From positions 1 through 64,000 of IMG/VR virus record IMGVR_UViG_3300022752_000020: 64,000 nt of DNA; one strand, 5' to 3'. The notes beneath the pieces are model-generated. The model had not been told where the DNA came from and searched no databases. It saw only the letters and a program-made list of their open reading frames with translations. The DNA comes from a virus. The position numbers and the translations under genes are program-made. Positions 18,315-27,700 of this stretch are shown here, one piece after another; position 1 is the first letter of the stretch; each line of letters begins with the position of its first letter.

Positions 18315-19619
18315 ATGCCCCGCATAAGTTTATATCGCCCAGAACGTGGAAATGATTACAAATTCATTGATCGTCAAATCAGTGAAATGTTTACTGTTGG
18401 CGGAACAGATTTTCATCTACACAAATATATTGGTGTGAATACGGCTCCAGAAAATGCCACAGCAGATCAGCCTCACTATGCTGAAACTAAAGAAAGCAAT
18501 ATACAGGATTTAATCCTATTGGAGAATCGTGACAGAAAATATGATCCCAGCATTTATAAAATAAGGGCTCATTACCAAGTACAAAATTTAGATTTTAATC
18601 TTAGTCAATTTGGTTTGTTTATAGATAATGATACTATTTTTGCTACAGTACATATAAACGATTGGATACGTACCGTGGGGCGTAAACCAATTAGCGGTGA
18701 TGTATTTGAAGTGCCTCATCTTGTAGACGAATATGCTCTAAATGATTATAATATAGCACTACCTAGATACTTTGTCATAGAGGATGTTAGTCGTGCTAGT
18801 GAAGGATTCAGTCAAACTTGGTGGCCACATTTATACAGATTAAAACTTAAGAAAATAGTAGACGGTCAAACATTTGCTGATATATTAGATAAACCTGCGG
18901 GTGAAAATACTAATCAAACACTACGTGATATTCTAAGTACGAAGTCTATAGAACTACAGGTCAACGAAGCCATCATAGCCCAAGCAGAAGCTGACACTGC
19001 TAAAAACGGATTTGAAACTAGACAATTTTATACTCTAGCAGTTGATCCAGTTAGTGGTGATCCTATAATTGAAACTGCTGATCAAATGAGTATAGACGCT
19101 AGTAATACGGGATTAGATTCAAGTAGACTATTAGGCCGTGCCACACGTAGCGGTTATGCTGGTTATTTGCTGGGAGATGGGTTCCCGCCAAATGGATATG
19201 AATTTGGTCACGGTATAACTTTTCCTAATAATGCTTACTTAAATGATTACTTTTTAAGAATAGATTTTAGTCCAAATAGACTTTTTAGATTTGATGGTCA
19301 GAGATGGGTTAAGGTGGAGGATGCTATACGTCATACTCTAACCAGCACAGATGCTAACTTTGCTACACCAAGAGGTGTTTTCAATGAAAATACATCTTAT
19401 GTACTTAATGATTTAATAAATTATGGCAACGTTCAATACATAAGTATAGTACCTAGCACAGGAAAGAATCCTATAGACTTTCCTAATTTTTGGAAACAGG
19501 TTAGAACTACACAAAAAACAGGCTTTATTAACAATGTTAATGCCAGCGTTATTAATGGAGAACTAGTTCCAGAACGCCAAGCATTGAGTAAGGCTCTAAG
19601 ACCTAAGGCAGATTTATAA
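18315..19619 (+). CDS. Neck/head-closure protein (T4 gp14-like) with a C-terminal CBM-like insert
   Basis: Divergent from gp13; IQDLILLENRDRKY, LSQFGLF, GRKP.SGDV.E.P motifs; module RGVFNENTSYVLNDLINYGNVQY..W at about 19371-19500. Confidence 0.7.
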   Translation: MPRISLYRPERGNDYKFIDRQISEMFTVGGTDFHLHKYIGVNTAPENATADQPHYAETKESNIQDLILLENRDRKYDPSIYKIRAHYQVQNLDFNLSQFGLFIDNDTIFATVHINDWIRTVGRKPISGDVFEVPHLVDEYALNDYNIALPRYFVIEDVSRASEGFSQTWWPHLYRLKLKKIVDGQTFADILDKPAGENTNQTLRDILSTKSIELQVNEAIIAQAEADTAKNGFETRQFYTLAVDPVSGDPIIETADQMSIDASNTGLDSSRLLGRATRSGYAGYLLGDGFPPNGYEFGHGITFPNNAYLNDYFLRIDFSPNRLFRFDGQRWVKVEDAIRHTLTSTDANFATPRGVFNENTSYVLNDLINYGNVQYISIVPSTGKNPIDFPNFWKQVRTTQKTGFINNVNASVINGELVPERQALSKALRPKADL

Positions 19620-19821
19620 TGCATATCTATAAGTTTACTCATATTGAAACAGGCAAATGTTATATTGGACTCGAAAGGACGGTGGTGCTATGAAAGGAAA
19701 GTATCAATCAAAAGACACAAAAGAAAAAATGAGAGATGCACATTTAAAATCAACTCATTGTCGAGGTAAAACATGGAAGCTCGTAGATGGTAAACGTGTT
19801 TGGATGGAGGCCTCGGTTTAA
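19619..19821 (+). pseudogene. Decayed GIY-YIG / NUMOD3 homing endonuclease (internal deletion plus frameshift)
   Basis: 19619-19693 encodes MHIYKFTHIETGKCYIG... (GIY-YIG motif). 19690-19821, in another frame, encodes MKGKYQSKDTKEKMRDAH...GKTWKLVDGKRVW (NUMOD3-like). The catalytic core is missing. Confidence 0.8.
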
Positions 19822-19836
19822 CGCCGTTGAATTATT

Positions 19837-21465
19837 ATTCAGTTTTTCTATGATGGTCAAATAAGAAGATATCTAGTACAAACTATACGACTATTAAGTA
19901 AATTTGTAGTTAAGTATGGAGATGGTAGACTAGTACCTGTACCTGTTATGTATGGTGACATGGATCGTCAAGTGGCCAACATAATTAAACAAAATAGTGA
20001 AAATAAGATAAACGGTGCTCCACGTATAGCAGTTTATATTTCACAATTAGAAATGGATAAGGAACGTCTCGCTGATCCTACATATGTTGGCAAAGTACAT
20101 ATTAGAGAACGTGCTATAGAAGATGGTGTATATACCAGTTCAGAAGGTGCTAATTATACAGTAGAAAGACTTATGCCTAGTCCATATAAACTCACTGTAA
20201 AAGCAGACATTTGGGCAGGAAACACAGAACAAAAATTACAGATCCTTGAACAAATACTAATGTTATTCAACCCTAGTTTAGAAATACAGACTACAGATAA
20301 TTATATTGATTGGACTAGTCTCAGTGTAGTATATTTAGAACAAGTTGATTTTAGTAGTAGACAAATACCAGTTGGTCAGGATAGTCCAATTGATATAGCC
20401 AGTTTAACCTTTAGTATGCCTATCTGGATAAGCCCTCCTAGTAAGGTTAAGAAATTAGGCGTTGTTCAAACTATAATGATGGGTATGTACACTAATATAG
20501 GTAGTCCAGCAGAAGGATATTTAGAAGGGTTTGGGCTAGATCCAAATGAAGGAACTAGACCGTTATATGATCAAGTACCAAATCCTATCAGTGTTAATAT
20601 TATTGATTATAGCCTAATAGTTTATAGTGGTAAAGCTAAAATTTTTTCACCCACTAAAGAGGGTCATTTACAACTACGAATAACTGAAACTGGTATAGAC
20701 AGCACTATGAATGTAAGCTGGTATGAGATAATGGAAAAATGGCCCAATGCTTATAAACCAGGATTAAGTAAAATATTTCTAATTCAACCTAGTGGGTTTG
20801 AAGTAATAGGTACTATTGCTATTAATCCTTTGGACCCAAGTATATTAGATATTAATTGGGATCCAGATACTTATCCTAGTAATACAGACATAATTACAGG
20901 TTATAGAAATAGTGCAGGAACTTTTGATGCTATTATTGATCCGCAAACCAAAGGTCCAAATCATGGCTTACCAATTCCTAGTATAGGAACAAGATACTTA
21001 ATTATTAATAATATAGGCGGTGGAGTAAGAGAAACTCTTATTGCTGATCGTGTAAGCAATAGAATAGATACCAATGTAGATTATAATAGAGTAAGAGGTA
21101 TAGAAGTTTATGTCAATGATGTGGCTGTAAGTTTTAGTGATCTTGACATAGATAGTAAACTAGTTATAAGATTAACTAGAGATGCTGATATAGATGACAT
21201 AATAACCTATGTTTTATATGTTGATCAAGATGGCCCAGATGCTTGGAAAAATTTAAACGGTACAGATTTTATAGCCAGCACAAACGATATTATTGAATGG
21301 AACGGATCTAAATGGTCTATAATATTTGACAGTCAAGCTAATAGAGATAATATTAAATACCTTACTAACATACATAGTAATGTACAATATAAGTGGGATG
21401 GTATAAGCTGGGTTAAAAGTTTTGAGGGCGAATATAGAAAAGGTAGCTGGCGATTAATTTTATGA
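19837..21465 (+). CDS. Tail sheath stabiliser / tail terminator (T4 gp15-like), probable non-canonical ATT start
   Basis: The frame is open from TGA(19828-30): ATT ATT ATT CAG TTT TTC TAT GAT GGT..., giving QFFYDGQIRRYL..VPVMYG. Later ERLMPSPY and QILEQIL.LFNP motifs. The ORF-track ATG at 19948 lies inside the conserved region. Confidence 0.75.
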   Translation: MQFFYDGQIRRYLVQTIRLLSKFVVKYGDGRLVPVPVMYGDMDRQVANIIKQNSENKINGAPRIAVYISQLEMDKERLADPTYVGKVHIRERAIEDGVYTSSEGANYTVERLMPSPYKLTVKADIWAGNTEQKLQILEQILMLFNPSLEIQTTDNYIDWTSLSVVYLEQVDFSSRQIPVGQDSPIDIASLTFSMPIWISPPSKVKKLGVVQTIMMGMYTNIGSPAEGYLEGFGLDPNEGTRPLYDQVPNPISVNIIDYSLIVYSGKAKIFSPTKEGHLQLRITETGIDSTMNVSWYEIMEKWPNAYKPGLSKIFLIQPSGFEVIGTIAINPLDPSILDINWDPDTYPSNTDIITGYRNSAGTFDAIIDPQTKGPNHGLPIPSIGTRYLIINNIGGGVRETLIADRVSNRIDTNVDYNRVRGIEVYVNDVAVSFSDLDIDSKLVIRLTRDADIDDIITYVLYVDQDGPDAWKNLNGTDFIASTNDIIEWNGSKWSIIFDSQANRDNIKYLTNIHSNVQYKWDGISWVKSFEGEYRKGSWRLIL

Positions 21466-21896
21466 AAGATTTAATTGTTTGTAGTGGTGCATTATTTTAC
21501 GCAAAAAAAACTGAAAAAATTTTATTACTACAAAAAGCAAATGGACGACATAAAGGAACTTGGAGTCTAGTTGGTGGCACTGCTCAAAACAACGAAAACC
21601 CTTGGAAAAATCTTATAAGAGAAATAGAAGAAGAAATAGGATTTATGCCAGAAATTAAAAAAAGTATGCCCTTAGAAACATTTGTTAGCAATGATCTAGT
21701 GTTTAATTTCCATACTTTTCTTTGTGTAGTGGATAAAGAATTTATTCCTAGCTTAAGTAGTGAACATATAGGATATAGTTGGACTACAATTGACTATGCT
21801 CCTAAACCTTTACATCAAGGACTACGCAGTAGTTTCAGTAATAGATTAATTAGGAATAAATTACAAACTGTTTTTCAAGTAATGAATATAATCTAA
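21462..21896 (+). CDS. Nudix hydrolase
   Basis: Nudix box G-x5-E-x7-REIEEEIG. Confidence 0.9.
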   Translation: MKDLIVCSGALFYAKKTEKILLLQKANGRHKGTWSLVGGTAQNNENPWKNLIREIEEEIGFMPEIKKSMPLETFVSNDLVFNFHTFLCVVDKEFIPSLSSEHIGYSWTTIDYAPKPLHQGLRSSFSNRLIRNKLQTVFQVMNII

Positions 21897-22672
21897 AAAC
21901 CTATATATTTTTTACGAAGAAATTCTAAATCATATCGTTGTTCAGTTAAATGATGTGCCTGCCCTAACCATGGTTCTACTGTGGGCCAACAGGTACGCCA
22001 GTGTTTATCCCATTTTGCAGTAAGATATTCAATGTTAAGATCTCTTGCATCATCTAATTTCTTCATTATCTCTGGATCGTGTCTGCGTGTGTTACCTCCG
22101 TGGAAATGATATTCAGTCTTGTCGCCATTACCATGTAAATAATTTTTAGTTAATCCTAGCTTTTTCTTTACACCTTGATGCATCATACGCATAATATAGT
22201 CATCATCTTCACTGTAAGCTGGGTACATGTTCTCATCAAACAGTCCAAATTTAGCTACCAAGTGATCACGCATTAAAAATAAATCCCAACTACCTACATT
22301 AAAATCACCTTGGCATGCGTGTACAATGCCTATCTCTGGATCTTCTGTTACAGTGTCATACATTTCTTTTAATAATCCAGGACCAAATGCTACATCATCA
22401 TTTACAATAATCCAATAAGGTGCCATCATATAACTTTTAATTATGAGATTCCAACTTGCAGGAACTCCTAAATTACAAGGCATATGAATTACATGTACCT
22501 TGTTAATATAACGACGTTTAATTTTGGCTAGTGAGTCTAAATTTTCTGTAATTTCACCTCGACCATTGTTATTGATAACAAGAAAATTTTCCACAGGAAA
22601 ATCTACACTGGCTAATAAACGTTCGACCCAATGTGTTGTAAAAACTACGCATGTACCTATTACTGGAATCAT
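21893..22672 (-). CDS. Glycosyltransferase, GT2-like
   Basis: VINNNG, NLGVPASWN, IVNDD (DxD-like) and GLFDENMYPAYSEDDDY. Confidence 0.8.
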   Translation of the reverse strand: MIPVIGTCVVFTTHWVERLLASVDFPVENFLVINNNGRGEITENLDSLAKIKRRYINKVHVIHMPCNLGVPASWNLIIKSYMMAPYWIIVNDDVAFGPGLLKEMYDTVTEDPEIGIVHACQGDFNVGSWDLFLMRDHLVAKFGLFDENMYPAYSEDDDYIMRMMHQGVKKKLGLTKNYLHGNGDKTEYHFHGGNTRRHDPEIMKKLDDARDLNIEYLTAKWDKHWRTCWPTVEPWLGQAHHLTEQRYDLEFLRKKYIGF

Positions 22673-22677
22673 AAAAA

Positions 22678-23931
22678 TTATCCTGCTAAAATATAATCTT
22701 CGCCCTTTTTAACTACTTGACGGCGATCTTTCATCACTAACAATACATCCTTATCTATATAATCTGGATGTACATACCAATCTTCATAAGTTCTCCATTC
22801 ATCTGGGGCGATATCATTTACCACTAGTACATAACCTTTTGATTGTATATACTCCCTACTTTGCTCACGTAGTTCTTTACGATCTGTGTTATAATAATCA
22901 TGCTCATAAGTGATTACTTTAAACTTATAATCATCAAAAGGAATACGTTTTAATATTTCAAATGTTACTTCTGGTGGGTCACAATCTAATTGAAGATAAT
23001 CTACTGCTGGTCCTAGGTTTAACTCTCTAATAATTTTACTATAATCAATTTCCAGTGCGTTTTTAATTAAAAATGGTGTTTTACGTTCTGTACTAACTTG
23101 CCTTTCATCCAAATCAATACTGATGCCTCTCCAATCAAACTGCTTTTCTAATAAGGCAGTATTGTTTCCATAAAATGGTCTACCTGCTCCTACCTCAATA
23201 AAAGTACCTTCTCTCTTACCTTTAAGTACACTAAGTACAAACATATCTTGATATGCTTCACTATAGTTTGTTTCAATGTTTTCAGCACCTGGAAATTTGA
23301 ATCTTAACTTGGAATATTTAGATTTGTCATATGCATCAAATGGTATTTCAACATACCCGCTCATAAATTTTAAATTATTATAAACTATTTTTTTATATTC
23401 ATCTGGTAACTGTCTACTACGCATAAGACCTTTAAAAATAGTACGACTTTCATCACACAGGCCACAATTATAAGCACTTAATGCTTTTTGAAAACGTAAA
23501 TGATCTTTGCCTAAATAACTTAAATCTGTTCTCAAACCTGCTTGAACATTATCTGCTACGCTTTCGCCAATGCTAGCAATCATGTAAGTGTCATTCCAAT
23601 GTCCATCATCTTGTTTATATTCATAGAATCTACTTAGATGATAATATGCTTCTGGTCTGGAAGGTATAATACTTACTGCATGTTGAAGCAATCCTTTTAC
23701 AGTAAAGTTTCTACTGCCCTGTCTTTCAAAACAAATGCTGGCTCTAATTAAACATTCATACTTTAATAAGTCATCTACAGCACGTTCAGCAGTTCTTAGG
23801 TAATAACTTACTGCACTGGCATGCTGACCCATCTGATCATACTCTAAAGCCATCATAAAATTTAGTTCAGGATCTGATGGATTTTGTAGATAATTCATCA
23901 GATTAGTTTGTAGTTTTGTGTTATCAAGCAT
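22678..23931 (-). CDS. TPR-domain plus FkbM-like SAM-dependent methyltransferase
   Basis: N-terminal TPR-like helices (PSRPEAYYHL); C-terminal YSEAYQD, GTFIEVGAG, NNT.LLE...W.G, DYLQLD.D, VITYEH. Confidence 0.75.
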   Translation of the reverse strand: MLDNTKLQTNLMNYLQNPSDPELNFMMALEYDQMGQHASAVSYYLRTAERAVDDLLKYECLIRASICFERQGSRNFTVKGLLQHAVSIIPSRPEAYYHLSRFYEYKQDDGHWNDTYMIASIGESVADNVQAGLRTDLSYLGKDHLRFQKALSAYNCGLCDESRTIFKGLMRSRQLPDEYKKIVYNNLKFMSGYVEIPFDAYDKSKYSKLRFKFPGAENIETNYSEAYQDMFVLSVLKGKREGTFIEVGAGRPFYGNNTALLEKQFDWRGISIDLDERQVSTERKTPFLIKNALEIDYSKIIRELNLGPAVDYLQLDCDPPEVTFEILKRIPFDDYKFKVITYEHDYYNTDRKELREQSREYIQSKGYVLVVNDIAPDEWRTYEDWYVHPDYIDKDVLLVMKDRRQVVKKGEDYILAG

Positions 23932-24667
23932 AATGATCTATATCCAATATTTTTAAATGTCTTATATCAACATTTCCAAGAAAATAATAATTGTTGACTA
24001 GTATAAGATGTAATATTCGTTCACCAAAAAAATCATAAAATCTTACCTGCTGATTTCTTCTATATATTTCAGGTAAAAAATTAGCATAATTACTATGGAA
24101 CTCAAATAATATTTGAAATAATACTTGACAAATACGATTAAAAGTTGTTCTATCTGCTGTAAACATATGGAATGGAATAAGATACTTATATGATCTAAGC
24201 TGATTGATCATTTCAGTAGTAATAGGAATACGATTATCACCGGCAAGTCCATACAATAACTGCCATCCTAAACTGTTATGACAATGACTAAAGTGATCAT
24301 ACACACTGTTAACATTAGGAGCATGTCCTTTTATAGCTGTAACTATATCTTTAGCCTCTGGTATAAACACTGTGTTTGGTCTAAGATTAAAATCTTCATC
24401 CCAAAATATTCTATATGTGTTTGTTCCCTTATATTCATGATCAGTATTTTTCCAAACCCAATATAATCCTGTAAGACTACCAAAATCATTGTTCATATGA
24501 CTAATATGCTCACCAATATGATCCATAAGAAATCCACGATTCTGCATATTCAAAACATCAATATGGTTATAATTGACCGAACCACACATTAGGTTACGTT
24601 GGTCATACTGATTTTTTTTTGGTTCTTTGCCTACATAGCAAAGACAATACATTCCTAAGTCTTGCAT
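23924..24667 (-). CDS. DUF4422-like putative glycosyltransferase
   Basis: GEHISHMN..FGSLTGLYWVWKN and FFGER, resembling polysaccharide-locus DUF4422 proteins. Confidence 0.6.
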   Translation of the reverse strand: MQDLGMYCLCYVGKEPKKNQYDQRNLMCGSVNYNHIDVLNMQNRGFLMDHIGEHISHMNNDFGSLTGLYWVWKNTDHEYKGTNTYRIFWDEDFNLRPNTVFIPEAKDIVTAIKGHAPNVNSVYDHFSHCHNSLGWQLLYGLAGDNRIPITTEMINQLRSYKYLIPFHMFTADRTTFNRICQVLFQILFEFHSNYANFLPEIYRRNQQVRFYDFFGERILHLILVNNYYFLGNVDIRHLKILDIDHYA

Positions 24668-24672
24668 AGTTG

Positions 24673-24717
24673 TAATTATCTATGCTAGTATTATATAGGA
24701 ATTTTTTATTTTGTCAA
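24673..24717 (-). promoter_or_regulatory. Consensus sigma70 promoter plus late-type motif upstream of the glycosylation cluster
   Basis: TTGACA(24717-24712)-N16-TATAAT(24695-24690); GATAATTA-CAACT-ATG(24667). Confidence 0.7.
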
Positions 24718-24719
24718 TA

Positions 24720-27700
24720 TCAAGCTAAACGTATTATTGTCAATCTAGTTCCAGTAGCACTGGGACTACCACCATTAACACGTAGGTTACTATTCATATA
24801 CCATGTCATTGTATCGTTTATTACAAATTGAATAATTTCACTAACAGTTCCTCGCTGTGCTCCATTATTTAGAATTTGACAATATTTTATTGTATCCAGT
24901 CCATTTTTCCTTACCCAACAATCTATTACAGGATATACACCAGCATCAATTAGATCAGTCACGCTATAATTTATTAAAATTTGATAAGTTCCACTAGCAC
25001 TAAAGGTAAATGTACCATTACCAGCACCATTCATTGTACCAAAACTTGATCCATCTGTAAATGTAGCACCAGCTGGTAAAGTGACTATGCCTGGATTATT
25101 ATTAAAAGTTTGATCACTGCCCTTATAATATGCTTGAATACTGGCAAGACCAGGGTTTACCCATGCTACACCAGTTACAGTACTAGCTAATAACTGACCT
25201 TGTAGCCCTGCTGTACCACCTGCTGTGACAGTTCCTGTAAGAATACTATCATTTAAGGTAGCAGTATTTAAAGTTTTATTGGTTAATGTTTGAGTAGCTG
25301 CTAAACTGACCACTTGACTAGCTGTATTTGATAACCCTGTTTGCCCGTATACATAAACGTCATTAGCATGTACCTGAAGTTCTACTCCTAAACCTCCTTT
25401 TACCTGTAAAGCACCTGTAGTTTTTGTAGTACTGGCTGTGTTGGCTGTTACTAATACTCTGCCGCCAGTGGCTGTAAGGGTAATGTTTCCAGTATTTTTA
25501 ACATTGGCCAGTGTAAAATTTACACTTGATGTAGATATTGTAGGATTATCCTCTAGTGTTTCGATATCAATATAATCACGATCTCCGCCTTCTGTATAGT
25601 TAGGACCTACTCTTACTTTAGCAAAAGGGTTTTGAATCACTAAACTATAACCTGTAAGTTCTGTTTCCGTTGGATTTCCATTTACAATAGTAGTATCTAA
25701 ATCATTTAGATAAACTGGTCCATTAATATATGCTGCTCCGCCTACTCCTATCCCACCTGTTATTACTGCTGCACCTGTTATTTGACTAGTTGAAACTGTA
25801 GCATTGGTTACTCTAAACAATCCACTGGCATTTAATGTCGTAAATGCTCCAGTGCTGGCTGCTGAACTACCAATAGGTGTAGATTGAATACTTAAGGCAT
25901 CAACTATACCAGTTACATTAAGATTACCACCTATATTAGTTGTACCTGCAATACCAACACCACCATTTACTACCAATGTTCCGGTAGTAGGATCTGTACT
26001 AGGAACATTAGATGACAGTGTAAGCACACCAACACCATCTAATGTAAGTTTGTCAATTACGCTTGCACCATCAAAATCATGATATCCAATTATCACTTTA
26101 TTATTAGCGTTGCTTGCGTCATCAATTAATTTAGTTACACGCCAAGCACCTTTGGTAATGTCATCTCTTGACCAAACTGTTCCATTATAATTAAGATTAC
26201 TAGTCCAATCAAATCTATTATTTTGTATAGTGTTAAATCTTGTATTGTAACTAGTAGATACTTGACTGGTTATAGTTATACTATCAGCATTAGTTGTTAG
26301 ATTAATGTTAGGATCTTTGATTAATGGATCAAGAATAGTTTTATTAGTCAATGTTTGAGTAGTATCTATGCCTACTAATGTTGTAGTATGATCAGGCAAT
26401 AGTATTTTTTGATCAGCACTAGAACTAACTACACTTAATCTTGTTTCAAAACCATTGGCAGTATCAGAATCTTCAAATATTATATTTGATCCTACATTAC
26501 TAGTGAAGGTCATAGCACCCGAAACTGTGCCAGCAGTAGTGCTAATAGCTGTTCCACCCATGGTTGTACTTAGAGTAAACTGACTGACTCCATTAGTTGC
26601 TGTTATAAAATATATAGAACCTGCTGAATCGTAAGATGTTATTACTCCATTTCCTCCATTACTTCCCACTACTCTAACAGCATCATGTATATTGAATACT
26701 ACCTTATCAAATCTAGCACCAACTACAGTTCCTACTGAAGTTGTTACAGCACTACCTCCTAAAGTTGTGCTTATAGTGAATTCTGTTGTGCCATTTGTAG
26801 CAATAATATAATAAGTTGTACCTGCACTGTTGTAACCTGTGATAGTTCCTGTTCCTGTATTAGCTCCACTAACATATATTCTATCACCGATATTAAAACT
26901 ATTAGAACTACAAAATATTTTACCACTAGCTCCAATACTAACACTGCTTAAACTGAATGGTGTACAAGTAAATGAGCCAGATGATCCTATTGCCGTACCT
27001 GTTAAGGTATAACTAAAGGGATTTAGTTTTGGTTCTGTTACTACAGGCTTGGTCAGTGTCTTTAATATTGTTGTTTGAGTACCATTTAGAGTGAGGTAAT
27101 TACTGAGATCTTGTGTCAATCCTTCAGGACCAGCTACACTAAATGTTATACTTACTGGTTCATTATCTGGAAAATTCTCTTTACCTGTTTCTACCCTAAC
27201 TATAGCAACTCCTATCTCAAACCAACCTGTATGGTCTGTTATAGTTTTCATTTCATAGATTTGAAAATAATTAGGATCATTCTCCTTTTCTATTTTAATG
27301 AAACCTCTACGATTATTATTACCATAACTACTTAAAGAATTTATAAAACTACTAATAAGATTATAATTTGGTACTCCTGGAGGATATACTCCATTAACAA
27401 TATAGTTTGGGTCACCTGCAATGCTATAACCACTAATAACTAAATTAGTTGTAGTACTCATTCCTGCTAGGAAATCTCTTGGAAATCTTACGAAGCCGCT
27501 GCCTGGGTTACTAACAAATGCACTTTCACTGACTCTATAATGAAATTTACTGGCATCAAGTACAGCAGGTGGTACCCAACTAACTGTGCCATTACCATTA
27601 GTCCTCAATATCCAATTAGCTGCTCCACCGTTGGGAAAGGCACTAACACCAGTAGTACCAGTATCCAACCATAAAAGTTTAGTGGCTATGTTACCAAAAT

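Noticed and set aside
19622-19839. Group I intron or gene-60-type ribosomal bypass joining ATG 19619 to gp15
   Set aside because: The roughly 220 nt are almost all endonuclease-coding remnant with no visible P/Q/R/S core, and no matched take-off/landing codon restores the gp15 frame. Not formally excluded without RT-PCR.
19948-19950. ORF-track start of gp15
   Set aside because: It lies within the VPVMYGD motif and would drop 37 in-frame codons that look like the conserved N-terminus.
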